Positions 55,072 to 64,000 of a stretch of DNA of 64,000 nucleotides are shown piece by piece (position 1 is the first letter of the stretch; each line of letters starts with the position of its first letter). A model generated the notes under the pieces. That model had not been told where the DNA came from. It was given only the letters and a program-made list of their open reading frames with translations, and did no database searches. Source of the DNA: Nitrospirota bacterium (GTDB lineage Bacteria; Nitrospirota; UBA9217); the NCBI GenBank assembly GCA_035490495.1, contig DATHDE010000201.1:1088-65087 (forward strand), in the 5' to 3' direction. The translations under genes and the position numbers were made by a program.

Positions 55072-56178
55072 CTAAGCCAGTCGTTTTTTGAACCTGACAG
55101 CGCTCATGGTGAAAACGGTCAGGCCGATGATCATCAATGCTGCCATCTGCGGCCAGAGCGCGCCGAACCCGTTGCCCTTGAGGAATATGCCGCGGATAAT
55201 GACCAGGAAATACCGAAGCGGATTGGCATACGTAACGATCCGGAAAACCGCCGGCATATTCTCGATGGGAAACATGAAGCCCGATAGCAGAACCGCAGGC
55301 ATAAAAAACAGGAACGTTGCCATCAGCGCCTGTTGAAGCGATTTGGCAATGGTCGAAATGAAAAGCCCCAGCCCGAGTACGGACAGAAGATAGATTGCCG
55401 TCGACAGGGGAAGAAGCCAGAGCGGTCCGTTAACCGGGATCTTGAAGATAAGGACACCAAGAAGGGTTATCAGAACCATGTCGAAAAAAGCGATGATCGC
55501 AAAAGGTATGGTCTTTCCCAAAATCAATTCGGCGGGCCGGAGCGGCGTGACCATGAGCTGCTCCATGGTGCCCATTTCCCGCTCCCTGACCACTGCCATA
55601 GATGTGAGCAACAGCGATGTAAGCATGATGACCATGGCGATCACACCCGGCACGTTGTAATTCTTGCTTTTCAGGTCGGGATTATACCATGCGCGCAGTC
55701 TGACGTCGACGATTCCCGCAGATGACGGCGTCATATCCCGGGCATATTGCATGACAATCCGGTTGGTATAATCGAGGGCGACCGTGGTTGTGTTGGAGTC
55801 GGTGCCGTCCGCGAGCACCTGGATGGATACGGGTGCACCCCTGCGAAGATCGGAACCGAACTTGTTGTCGATCCTGAGCGCGACCGTAACTTCTGCGCGA
55901 TCCAGCAAATCAGTAACCACCGCGGGGCTGTCCGGTACGGCGACGATCTTGAAGTAACCGGAAGCCTCGAATCTCCTTACGAGCTCCCTGCTTTCGAACG
56001 ATTTGTCGAGATCGATGACTGCGGTAGGGATATTGTTCACATCCGTTGTCACGGCGAATCCGAACACGACGGTCTGAACGAGGGGAATGACGAATACAAT
56101 CGCCTTCATGCGGACATCCCTGAATATCTGGATGAATTCCTTGACGACCATCTGTTTGATGCGTTCAATACTGAACAT
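55072..56178 (-). CDS. ABC-2 type transporter permease (YbhR-like)
   Basis: 368 aa. N-terminal TM helix, a large periplasmic loop and five C-terminal TM helices. Confidence 0.8.
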   Translation of the reverse strand: MFSIERIKQMVVKEFIQIFRDVRMKAIVFVIPLVQTVVFGFAVTTDVNNIPTAVIDLDKSFESRELVRRFEASGYFKIVAVPDSPAVVTDLLDRAEVTVALRIDNKFGSDLRRGAPVSIQVLADGTDSNTTTVALDYTNRIVMQYARDMTPSSAGIVDVRLRAWYNPDLKSKNYNVPGVIAMVIMLTSLLLTSMAVVREREMGTMEQLMVTPLRPAELILGKTIPFAIIAFFDMVLITLLGVLIFKIPVNGPLWLLPLSTAIYLLSVLGLGLFISTIAKSLQQALMATFLFFMPAVLLSGFMFPIENMPAVFRIVTYANPLRYFLVIIRGIFLKGNGFGALWPQMAALMIIGLTVFTMSAVRFKKRLA

Positions 56179-56299
56179 GTCGTTCTCCGCCGGGAAGCAG
56201 CAACGCTGCGAGGGGCAGGGATCCGGCCCCCCTTTCTTTCCGATTTACTTCATAACTCTGCATACAACACGCTGCGCGCCATGCTGACTGGCCCTGCTC

Positions 56300-57409
56300 C
56301 TACACAATCTTTTTTCTGAATTTCCTGTTCGCAATCGCGAATACGAGTGCGCCGTATATCACGAGAAACAGGGCATCCCACGCCAGAATGCTGAACGGAT
56401 TGCCTTTGAGAAATATCCCCTTGAGGATGACGATAAAATACCTCGCCGGCACGATCCGCGAAATGACCTGGAGCGGGACCGGCATGTTCATGATGGCGAA
56501 CATGAATCCGGAAAAAAGGAACGCCGGCAGAAAAGTGGCGACCATCGCCATCTGGCTCGCCACCAGCTGCGACTTTGCGACGATGGAGATGAGCATCCCG
56601 AGTCCCAATACGCCGAATAAGAACACGCACGAAAGGACCGCGAGCATGAACAGACTTCCCCGGAACGGGATGTCGAACACAAAGACCGCCATCAGCACGG
56701 TCAGGATCATGTCGATAAATCCTATGAAAAAATACGGGGCCATTTTGCCGAGTATGAGCTCAACGGTCTTGACGGGCGTCGAAATGAGCTGTTCCATCGT
56801 CCCGCGCTCCCATTCCCGTGCAAACGTGAGCGACGTGAGGAGGGCTGCAATCACCATCATGATGACCGCGATCAGGCCCGGAATGATGAAGTTCCTTGAT
56901 TTGAGCTCCGGGTTGTACCATACCCGAATCCGGGGATCAACGCGAAGGAGCGAACTCCTTCCTGCGATCCGCCGGCCTGCGATCTCCGTAAGCGCGGAGA
57001 GATATCCGATCGCTATGGCTGCCGTGTTTGAATCGCTGCCGTCCACAATGACCTGAAGCGGGGCCGTATTCCCCCTGCCCGCATGTTTAGCGAAATCCCG
57101 CGGAATAGATACAGCGACCCGGGCCAGCCCCCGATCGAGATAACGGTCGATTTCCCGCTGTGAATCGGCGTATCTCACGACGGTAAAGTATCCGGATGCG
57201 GTGAATTCCTCGATCAGCGCCCTGCTCGTGCTGCTCCGGTCTGCATCATACACAATCGTCGTGAGATTATTGACATCAAGAGTAATTGCATAGCCGAAGA
57301 TAACGAGAAGCAGCACCGGCATCACAAATGCCAGGGCGAGGCTCAGGGGATCGCGCCATATTTGAAGCGTCTCTTTACGCGCGACTGCTTTTATGCGGAT
57401 GAATTTCAT
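56300..57409 (-). CDS. ABC-2 type transporter permease (YbhS-like)
   Basis: Start taken at MKFIRIKAVARKETLQIWRDP. Paralogous to 55072-56178. Confidence 0.8.
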   Translation of the reverse strand: MKFIRIKAVARKETLQIWRDPLSLALAFVMPVLLLVIFGYAITLDVNNLTTIVYDADRSSTSRALIEEFTASGYFTVVRYADSQREIDRYLDRGLARVAVSIPRDFAKHAGRGNTAPLQVIVDGSDSNTAAIAIGYLSALTEIAGRRIAGRSSLLRVDPRIRVWYNPELKSRNFIIPGLIAVIMMVIAALLTSLTFAREWERGTMEQLISTPVKTVELILGKMAPYFFIGFIDMILTVLMAVFVFDIPFRGSLFMLAVLSCVFLFGVLGLGMLISIVAKSQLVASQMAMVATFLPAFLFSGFMFAIMNMPVPLQVISRIVPARYFIVILKGIFLKGNPFSILAWDALFLVIYGALVFAIANRKFRKKIV

Positions 57410-57615
57410 AGTAGCATAACGGGTTCTGTTGCTCAGAGCACACGGACAATAAATTTGCCGCAAAGTTCACAGCGAGGCAGCGGCACGATGGTAACAGCAA
57501 GAGGGAGTGTTCCGCGTCCCCGGTGGATACAACTGCCTTTTACAAATCCGGTGCCTGCGCACCGCTCTCTGCTGTCCGCTTTGCCCGGTGCGACGAAATC
57601 GCCCCGTTTCTCTTC

Positions 57616-58539
57616 CTAGGACACTTCTATCAACGTTACGAACACATCTTCCAGCGACGGTTCTATTTCCGATATTTTTCCTGCGCCTATTCCAGCATCC
57701 TGTAATATTCCCTGAATACGAGTGATTGCGGCCTCACTGTCGTCAACGGTGGCGTGGAGAAGGCTGCCGAATACCGCTGTTTCAATTCCCTGCTTGCCGA
57801 GCGCATCCATTGCGCCGATCAACGGCTCGGCCTCGATTTCGAGGACATGGCGCTTCATGAAGTTGGTCCTCAGTTCGGAAGGCGTCCCCTCGGCGACGAT
57901 TTTTCCGCGATAAATCAGGGCGAGCCGGTCGCAATAATCCGCCTCATCCATGTAATGGGTCGTGACGAACACGGACGTTCCCGTCCTGGCCATTTCCGAG
58001 ATCAGGCCCCAGAAGTTCCTTCGCGAAATAGGGTCAACGCCCGAGGTCGGTTCATCGAGGAAGAGAATCTGCGGCTCGTGCAGAATCGCGCACCCGAGGG
58101 CGAGCCTTTGCTTGTAGCCGCCGGGAAGCGTTCTCGTCAGCGCCGTTCTCCTGTCCCGAAGATCCGCCATTGCAAGGGCCCATTCCTTGCGGGCGTTCTT
58201 CTTCGATTCCGGCACGCTGTAAATACCGCTGAAGAAATTGATGTTCTCTTCAACCGTCAGGTCGTCGTACAGGGAAAACTTCTGGGACATGTAGCCGATG
58301 GTCTGTTTTATTTCCTCGGACTGGCTGATAATGTCGAATCCCCCCACGCTGCCGCTCCCGGACGTGGGCAGGAGAAGGCCGCAGAGCATACGGATGGTGG
58401 TCGATTTGCCCGCGCCGTTCGGCCCCAGGAAGCCGAATATCCGCCCCTTTTCGATTTCGAGGCTGATGTGATCAACAGCCGTAAAATCGCCGAAGGTTCT
58501 TGTCAGGCCATGTATCTTAACAGCAAACCGGGTTTCCAT
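57616..58539 (-). CDS. ABC transporter ATP-binding protein
   Basis: 307 aa. Walker A GPNGAGKST, signature LPGGYKQRL, Walker B ILFLDEPT. Confidence 0.9.
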   Translation of the reverse strand: METRFAVKIHGLTRTFGDFTAVDHISLEIEKGRIFGFLGPNGAGKSTTIRMLCGLLLPTSGSGSVGGFDIISQSEEIKQTIGYMSQKFSLYDDLTVEENINFFSGIYSVPESKKNARKEWALAMADLRDRRTALTRTLPGGYKQRLALGCAILHEPQILFLDEPTSGVDPISRRNFWGLISEMARTGTSVFVTTHYMDEADYCDRLALIYRGKIVAEGTPSELRTNFMKRHVLEIEAEPLIGAMDALGKQGIETAVFGSLLHATVDDSEAAITRIQGILQDAGIGAGKISEIEPSLEDVFVTLIEVS

Positions 58540-58574
58540 AGTGTAGTACTTCGCACGCTGTTCTTTATTCTTGG

Positions 58575-59513
58575 CTACTTTTCGACGAGCGAGATGAACA
58601 CATCCTCGAGTGAAGGAAGTATTTCACGCACATCTTTGATCTCGACTCCCGCTTTTTTCACGGCATCCAGGACAGACGCCCGCACCGCGTGCCGTTCCAG
58701 CGCAACATGCAGCCGGTCGCCGTACAAGCTTACCGAGAACACGCCCGGGATGTGTTGTACGGCATCACTGGCAAAGCGCGGATGTTCCGGCCAGAGTTCA
58801 AGCATCGTTCTGTCGAACGAACTTCTGATCTTCTTCGGCACATCCTCAACGAGGATACGCCCCCTGTGCATCAAACCTATTCTGGTACAGCGCTCAGCCT
58901 CGTCGAGATAGGCGGTTGACACGAAAATCGTCACGCCATCCTTGAGCAGGTCGTAGAGAATGCGCCAGAAGTCGCGGCGCGATACAGGATCGACGCCGTT
59001 CGTGGGTTCGTCGAGAATTAAAACTTCCGGCGTATGAATAAGTGCACAGGCGAGTCCCAGTTTCTGTTTCATGCCGCCCGACAGCTTTCCTGCAAGCCTG
59101 TTTTTAAATGGCGTGAGATTGCTGAACCCGAGAAGGCGTTCAATTCGCGCGGGGCGTTCCTTGCTCGACACAGCGAAGATATCGGCGTAGAAGAGTATAT
59201 TTTCCATCACGGTCAGGTCTTCGTACAGCCCGAACCGCTGCGACATGTAACCGACTTTTTCGCTGATCTTTCCCGCATCACGGACAAGGGAGTCTCCGAA
59301 GATCCACCCATCTCCCGATGTCGGATCCATGATGGCGGCAAGCATCCGCATGGTCGTGCTTTTTCCCGCACCATCGGGCCCCACAAGGCCGTACAGCTCC
59401 CCCTTGTTGACAGCGAGATTCAATCTGTCAACGGCACGAATCGAACCGAACGTTTTACTCAAATCGGATGTTTTTATGGCCGCATCAGCCGACATGGAAG
59501 GCCTTCCGGTCAC
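58575..59513 (-). CDS. ABC transporter ATP-binding protein
   Basis: 312 aa. Walker A GPDGAGKST, signature LSGGMKQKL, Walker B VLILDEPT. Confidence 0.9.
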   Translation of the reverse strand: MTGRPSMSADAAIKTSDLSKTFGSIRAVDRLNLAVNKGELYGLVGPDGAGKSTTMRMLAAIMDPTSGDGWIFGDSLVRDAGKISEKVGYMSQRFGLYEDLTVMENILFYADIFAVSSKERPARIERLLGFSNLTPFKNRLAGKLSGGMKQKLGLACALIHTPEVLILDEPTNGVDPVSRRDFWRILYDLLKDGVTIFVSTAYLDEAERCTRIGLMHRGRILVEDVPKKIRSSFDRTMLELWPEHPRFASDAVQHIPGVFSVSLYGDRLHVALERHAVRASVLDAVKKAGVEIKDVREILPSLEDVFISLVEK

Positions 59514-60377
59514 CTATTTTTGCCCTGTGCTTCTCACTTCCGGCTCCGGACTCCCGACGCGTATTCGTACATCCGCCGGCATGCCGGGCTTCAGTTCATT
59601 ATTCTGGTTCTTAACACTCACCTTGACACCAAATACGAGCTTGACGCGCTCTTCCCTGGTCTGGACGTTCTTCGGCGTAAACTCAGCATCAGACGCGATA
59701 TAGGTCACGACGCCTTCATATTGTTTCCCGGGGAAGGTGTCGACCGATATATCGGCCTTTTGTCCGAGCTTGACCAGCCCGAGTTTGTCCTCCTTGACAT
59801 ACACCTTGACCCAGGGATTCTCGAGGTCTCCGATCGTGAAGATCGGCGTTCCGGCCCCCACTGTTTCTCCCTGTTCGACGTTCTTCCTGAGAACAATGCC
59901 GTTCAAGGGGGCTTGTATCACGCTGTCGCCCAGCCGGACCTGGGCTGTCCTGAGCGCGGCATGATATAACTGGAGCTGCGAATCAGCCTCTTCAAATGCG
60001 GTCCTTGCAGCATCCATCTGCTGCGGAGAGACAGCTTCATCCTTATACAGTTTTGCAAACCGCTCAAAATCGTTTTTGGCTTTCTCTCTCCGCGCCTCTG
60101 CATTCCTGACATTTGCACTGCTTTGGTGAACGATGGTTTCAAACTCGGCGCCGTCCAGTTCGGCTATCCGCTCCCCCGTGCGAACCGATCTGCCTTCATC
60201 GGTATGAAGCGCTTTCACCCTTCCCGGCACTTTAAAGGCAACGTTTACTTCCGTCACCTCGACATTTCCCGACAGAATCATATTGCCCTGGTCGCGGCTG
60301 TTGCTGAAATGATAATACGCAGCACTAACCACGGCAGTGGCTGCAATGACCCCGATGAATATCAACCGTTTTTTCAT
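59514..60377 (-). CDS. HlyD/YbhG-family membrane fusion (periplasmic adaptor) protein
   Basis: Start taken at MKKRLIFIGVIAATAVV. Coiled-coil hairpin and beta-barrel motifs (GMPADVRI). Confidence 0.8.
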   Translation of the reverse strand: MKKRLIFIGVIAATAVVSAAYYHFSNSRDQGNMILSGNVEVTEVNVAFKVPGRVKALHTDEGRSVRTGERIAELDGAEFETIVHQSSANVRNAEARREKAKNDFERFAKLYKDEAVSPQQMDAARTAFEEADSQLQLYHAALRTAQVRLGDSVIQAPLNGIVLRKNVEQGETVGAGTPIFTIGDLENPWVKVYVKEDKLGLVKLGQKADISVDTFPGKQYEGVVTYIASDAEFTPKNVQTREERVKLVFGVKVSVKNQNNELKPGMPADVRIRVGSPEPEVRSTGQK

Positions 60378-60434
60378 GTGATCCCCCCGGTTCGCTCCGC
60401 GACTAAAAGCACGGACTGAGAACGGCATGCATAT

Positions 60435-61022
60435 TCACGCCGCTATGCAGACTTCAAAGATCTTCCACATTTTGCGGCCTTCCGCAATAAGAGAAAACGA
60501 GAAACCGCTCAACGACCATCTGAACATCAGCCCCTGCACCATGCCGATGAACATGAGGGACATCGTTTTTGCGTCCAGCCCCCGGCGGAGAGAGCCCGCT
60601 TTCTGCGCCTTTTTCATGAAGGCCGCCAGGGTCGAGGAAAATGCATACATATTTTCGAGAAGCTTTTCCCTGAATTTTTCGGAAGTATGCAGCTCATCGG
60701 AAAACATAAACCTGAGGATGCCGCTGTTTCTGGCCATAAGGTCAAGCTGAAGTTCATAGAACTTTCTTAATTTTTCCAAAGGAGCGCCCTTGCCCGAAAG
60801 CGCGCGGTCTATATTATCGGAAATTCTTCCCTTTACGTATGCCATTGCCTCGCTGATAATGGCTTCTTTGTTCCTGAAATGACGATAGAGATTTCCTTCC
60901 GATATTCCTGCTTCCCGTGCAAGAGCCGCCGTGGTCAGTCCGCCGACACCGCTGCGGCTGATGACTGCGAAGGCCGCCTGGACGATTAGATCACGCCTGA
61001 TTTCACCCCGCAATTTCTTCAT
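60435..61022 (-). CDS. TetR-family transcriptional regulator
   Basis: Start taken at MKKLRGEIRRDLIVQAAFAVISRSGVGGLTTAALAREAGISEGNLYRHF (TetR HTH). First gene of the exporter operon. Confidence 0.85.
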   Translation of the reverse strand: MKKLRGEIRRDLIVQAAFAVISRSGVGGLTTAALAREAGISEGNLYRHFRNKEAIISEAMAYVKGRISDNIDRALSGKGAPLEKLRKFYELQLDLMARNSGILRFMFSDELHTSEKFREKLLENMYAFSSTLAAFMKKAQKAGSLRRGLDAKTMSLMFIGMVQGLMFRWSLSGFSFSLIAEGRKMWKIFEVCIAA

Positions 61023-61147
61023 GGTGCCTCCGGCACTCGCGCATTTTTGCAAGTGAGCGTTTATTTACATTATATCCCTGCGCCGCATATTGTCAAGGCT
61101 GTTTTATCTTGTGCATCGTTACGTATTTTCGCTATAATCATCCGTGT

Positions 61148-61705
61148 ATGCGGCAGATTGCGCATTTCATTCCGCGTTTCCGAGCACGCTGTTTCCGGGG
61201 AACCGGCATTGCTCTGCTTGCCGTTTTCCTGCTTTTTCCCCTTCCTGCATCGTCCGAAACGGTCCTGCACGAGGCAAAAGTCGTTGCCGTCGTCGATGGC
61301 GATACGGTAAAGCTCCTGCTCAACGGGGAAAAACGAACGTCGCGCCTCATCGGAATCGATGCCCCGGAAATGGGTCAGGTCCCCTGGGGCAGGAAATCCC
61401 GCGAGCACCTTCGGGCCTTGCTCAAGCAGTCGGCGTGGCGTGTTTCAGTGGAAATGGACGTGGAACAAACAGACAGATTTCGCCGCAGCCTTGTTTATCT
61501 CTGGCTCCAGAACGGCGAGATGGTGAACGAGCGGATGCTTCTGGACGGCTATGCGTTTCGCTTCACCATGAAGCCGAATACGCGGTACTCTGAGCGCTTC
61601 AAAAAAGCCCAACGGACTGCACGAGAAAAGAAACTGGGCGTATGGGGGCCGGACGGGCCGAAGGAACGGCCCGTTGATTATAAAAAGGATCATCCGCATA
61701 AATAA
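61148..61705 (+). CDS. Secreted thermonuclease (staphylococcal nuclease, SNase) family protein
   Basis: Start taken at MRQIAHF... (signal-like). Contains VVDGDTVKLL...RLIGIDAPE and LGVWG. Confidence 0.75.
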   Translation: MRQIAHFIPRFRARCFRGTGIALLAVFLLFPLPASSETVLHEAKVVAVVDGDTVKLLLNGEKRTSRLIGIDAPEMGQVPWGRKSREHLRALLKQSAWRVSVEMDVEQTDRFRRSLVYLWLQNGEMVNERMLLDGYAFRFTMKPNTRYSERFKKAQRTAREKKLGVWGPDGPKERPVDYKKDHPHK

Positions 61706-61751
61706 TTCGACCGGTCACGGGCGTTTCCTCCAACAGGAGAACAGATAGTCC

Positions 61752-62231
61752 ATGGTTCCTAACGAAAACAGGGACAGGGCGGATATACCATTTCCGCCGC
61801 CGCTCATTTTTTTTGCCGTCCTTGCGCTCGGCTCCGGGCTTGAGTATGTCTTCCCTACGCGGCCGATCCATTCTCCCCGGGCCGGCTGCATCATCACGGG
61901 ATTGCTGCTGGCAGTTGGAGCGGGAATCCTTGCCGCAGCCGCATTCGCTGCCCTCTTGCGCAACAAAACGACGTTCAATCCGTCAAAACCGACCACCACG
62001 ATCGTCCGCAGCGGACCGTTCCGTTTTTCCCGGAATCCCCTGTATCTTGCATTGGTGCTTCTGCACGCCGGCATTGCCGCCGGCTGCTGCTCCCTCTGGC
62101 TGTTCTGTTCATCGCTTGTTCTTCTGCTCATTCTTGATGTTGTTGTGGTCCGGCGGGAGGAGGACTATCTCAGCCGGAAGTTCGGTGAAACATACCTCAT
62201 GTACAAGGCAACGGTCAGGCGCTGGCTTTGA
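61752..62231 (+). CDS. Isoprenylcysteine carboxyl / phospholipid methyltransferase-family membrane protein
   Basis: 159 aa with four TM helices. Contains GPFRFSRNPLYLALVLLHAG and REEDYLSRKFGETY. Confidence 0.75.
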   Translation: MVPNENRDRADIPFPPPLIFFAVLALGSGLEYVFPTRPIHSPRAGCIITGLLLAVGAGILAAAAFAALLRNKTTFNPSKPTTTIVRSGPFRFSRNPLYLALVLLHAGIAAGCCSLWLFCSSLVLLLILDVVVVRREEDYLSRKFGETYLMYKATVRRWL

Positions 62232-62252
62232 CCGGTCATCCGGAGGTTTTCG

Positions 62253-62615
62253 ATGAGTTCATTCCTGAGAAGCTTGGTGCTCGTATCTGTTTTCACATCT
62301 ATTGCCGCGTCACGCCTGGCCGGCGAAGAGCTGAAGCAGGATCATTTCTGGTACCGTATTGAAGTCCAGACAGGCGATTCCACGTACCAGTGCATAGGCA
62401 GTTCTGCTTCTGACGAGAAGGAGCTCTCCCGGCAGATTAAGGAGGGTGCGGCCGTCCTTCTCGATGACGCTGCCTACATCGACTCGAACGGCAGAATCAA
62501 ATCCTGGAAGGACTGGGACGCCAAGGCCTCGCCGCGGCTCTATGTGAACAGCCGCTATATCATACTCGTCAATCCGCTCAAAGGTGACCCGAGAAATCCA
62601 GGATCGAAAAAATGA
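62253..62615 (+). CDS. Secreted hypothetical protein
   Basis: 120 aa with a signal peptide (MSSFLRSLVLVSVFTSIAAS). No recognisable family. Confidence 0.45.
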   Translation: MSSFLRSLVLVSVFTSIAASRLAGEELKQDHFWYRIEVQTGDSTYQCIGSSASDEKELSRQIKEGAAVLLDDAAYIDSNGRIKSWKDWDAKASPRLYVNSRYIILVNPLKGDPRNPGSKK

Positions 62616-62687
62616 GAATGCGCTTCTGCAATAATGCGCCGGAGTATTTTTGATCTCCCATTCCACGCAGTTCCGGAGGTGACCATC

Positions 62688-62957
62688 ATGCAGTCTGTTA
62701 TCGCCAACATCGGATGGGCAATACTTTTTTCCCTGATCGGCGGCATAGTCGGCCTGTGCCTGATCCTCGCTGCCGTGCGGGTGATTCCGCACATTATCGA
62801 CCGCCTGACGCCCAACATGGACGAGGACAAGGAGATCGCGAGGGGCAATCAGGCTGTTGCCGAATATTTCGGCAGGGTCGTTTCCGCCACGATCATTGCC
62901 GTGGGCATCGTGATCGCAGCAGCCATTCTTGCCGGCATAGTTGCCGCCTTGTACTGA
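62688..62957 (+). CDS. DUF350-family small membrane protein
   Basis: ATG after GGAGG. 89 aa with two or three TM helices. Contains DEDKEIARGNQAVA, typical of DUF350 (from memory). Confidence 0.6.
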   Translation: MQSVIANIGWAILFSLIGGIVGLCLILAAVRVIPHIIDRLTPNMDEDKEIARGNQAVAEYFGRVVSATIIAVGIVIAAAILAGIVAALY

Positions 62958-62976
62958 CAGGAGCGTGCGGTACGCC

Positions 62977-64000
62977 ATGCGATTTCGTGCAAGATTCATA
63001 GTCTGCCTGTTCATCCTCTGCATACTGCCCGCAGCGCTCCATGCCCGCGGCGGCGGAGGCTGCCTGGCGAAAGGGACACCGGTCCTTGCGCCGGGAGGTG
63101 CGGTGCCTGTTGAGCTCCTGCGCGCGGGAGACGTTGTCTTTGGCGCGGTCCGGAATGAACTTGTTCCCGTGACCGTACAGGCTGTTTTCCAGGTGGAATC
63201 CGGCGCTGTATACGATATTACCGTGAACGGGACAAGTCTTATTCTTACGGCAGAACATCCCGTGGCAGTAGCACCCGGGGTATTCCGCACCGTTTCTTCT
63301 CTCAAACAGGGCGACACCGTCCTGTCCGGGTCGGACGGCCGTCTGCATCGTGAAACAATCGGGCGGATACAGCGTCTGCCACGTGCCGGCCCGGCATATA
63401 ATATTCTCGTATCCCCTGCCGGGACGTACCTTGCCAATAACATTCTCGTGCACAATAAAGGCTGTTTTCTGCCGGAGACGCTGATCCGTCTCGCTGACGG
63501 CACGGATACACCGATCTCCAGCATACGGCCACACGATCAGCTTTTGGCTTTTACGCCTGATGGCGGCATTGTTCATGCATCCGTGCGCAGGGTGCTGACT
63601 CACGAGGTGAATGAGTACCGGATCGTGAGAACAGCCGATCGGGAGTTTCATGTCACGCCTGAACACCCTTTTTATACGGGTTCAGGAACGTTCAGGACGC
63701 TCGAAGCCCTTGGACCGGGAGACGAAATTTTCATGTTCGACGGGGCGGGCCTGAGCAGTGCAAAAATCGAGAGCATCGAGACTGTCCGGGCCAGAACCGC
63801 CGTATACAATATAGAGACCGATGCGCCCAATACCTTTTTTGCAGACGGGGCAGCCGTCCACAACAAGGGGGGAGGCGGCTGCTTTCCCGCAGGCACGCTC
63901 ATAACAACGCCTCGGGGCGATGTTCCTATTGAACGGCTGTCTGCAGGTGACACCGTAACCGGCATTGACAGGATCGGCCGACTCGTTCCGGTCGTGATAC
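62977..64000 (+). CDS. Secreted protein made of tandem Hint (bacterial intein-like) domains, 5' part (continues past the right edge)
   Basis: Absent from the ORF track because there is no stop in the window. My translation gives a signal peptide MRFRARFIVCLFILCILPAALHA and then three successive units. Each starts GG(G)C(L/F)xxGT, has a TxEHP block (LTAEHP, VTPEHP) and ends VHNK. The unit-initial Cys codons are at 63061, 63463 and 63880. Confidence 0.7.
   Translation, partial: MRFRARFIVCLFILCILPAALHARGGGGCLAKGTPVLAPGGAVPVELLRAGDVVFGAVRNELVPVTVQAVFQVESGAVYDITVNGTSLILTAEHPVAVAPGVFRTVSSLKQGDTVLSGSDGRLHRETIGRIQRLPRAGPAYNILVSPAGTYLANNILVHNKGCFLPETLIRLADGTDTPISSIRPHDQLLAFTPDGGIVHASVRRVLTHEVNEYRIVRTADREFHVTPEHPFYTGSGTFRTLEALGPGDEIFMFDGAGLSSAKIESIETVRARTAVYNIETDAPNTFFADGAAVHNKGGGGCFPAGTLITTPRGDVPIERLSAGDTVTGIDRIGRLVPVVI

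Noticed and set aside
57754-59969. Plus-strand ORFs of 385 and 311 aa
   Set aside because: They are antisense to the two ABC ATPase genes and the adaptor gene, all of which have Walker and signature motifs on the minus strand.
62310-63666. Minus-strand ORFs of 404 and 257 aa
   Set aside because: They are antisense to the secreted protein, DUF350 and Hint-repeat genes. The plus-strand reading gives a signal peptide and three repeated intein motif sets, which is far more informative.
1-64000. CRISPR arrays, tRNA/rRNA genes, transposases, integrases, prophage or plasmid genes
   Set aside because: I found no regularly spaced direct repeats, no cloverleaf-like or rRNA-like sequence in the intergenic regions, and no recombinase-like ORFs. 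The only nucleotide-level repeat is the 2 x 90-nt coding repeat in the ompA-like gene.

Overview
This 64 kb window (roughly 55-60% GC by eye) looks like chromosomal DNA from an anaerobic, cytochrome-rich bacterium, by gene content Desulfobacterota/Geobacter-like or Nitrospirota-like; no taxon can be assigned without a database search. I saw no rRNA, tRNA, CRISPR array, transposase or integrase. The content falls into five parts. (1) 1-18953: a sigma54 activator with a candidate -24/-12 promoter, followed by two mirror-image paralogous redox modules. Each module encodes a small FGWRP-motif membrane protein, a 13-CXXCH membrane-anchored cytochrome c, an FdnI/HydC-type cytochrome b, a HisKA_3 kinase and a NarL/LuxR regulator. 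The right arm also carries a c3-like cytochrome, a Tat 4x[4Fe-4S] protein and an NrfD-type subunit. A Nudix hydrolase and an M56-type peptidase pair lie between the arms. (2) 19045-29323: a conserved housekeeping block, pheA-hisC-DAHP synthase-tyrA-aroA-cmk-ispH-rpsA-sppA-ihfB. (3) 29745-45600: a mixed redox and stress region. It holds a flavocytochrome c, a thioredoxin-fold ORF with a suspicious in-frame TGA, an AhpD-like protein, rplU-rpmA, prmA and a heme-c/CopD-like/b5-like fusion. It also holds a REC plus B12-radical-SAM pair, an SfsA-DUF123 fusion and a peroxiredoxin-Rrf2-cydAB cluster. (4) 45700-61022: an OmpA-like protein, a TonB-dependent receptor, a YfiR-like protein and a CHASE8-like hybrid kinase; then a protoglobin-PsiE fusion, rubredoxin and a TetR-controlled YbhGFSR-like ABC-2 exporter. 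(5) 61148-64000: a nuclease, a methyltransferase, a DUF350 protein and a secreted protein built from tandem Hint (intein-like) domains that runs off the right edge. That last gene and an Mrp-like fragment at the left edge are absent from the ORF track. All family calls rest on motif recognition by eye; no homology search was possible.
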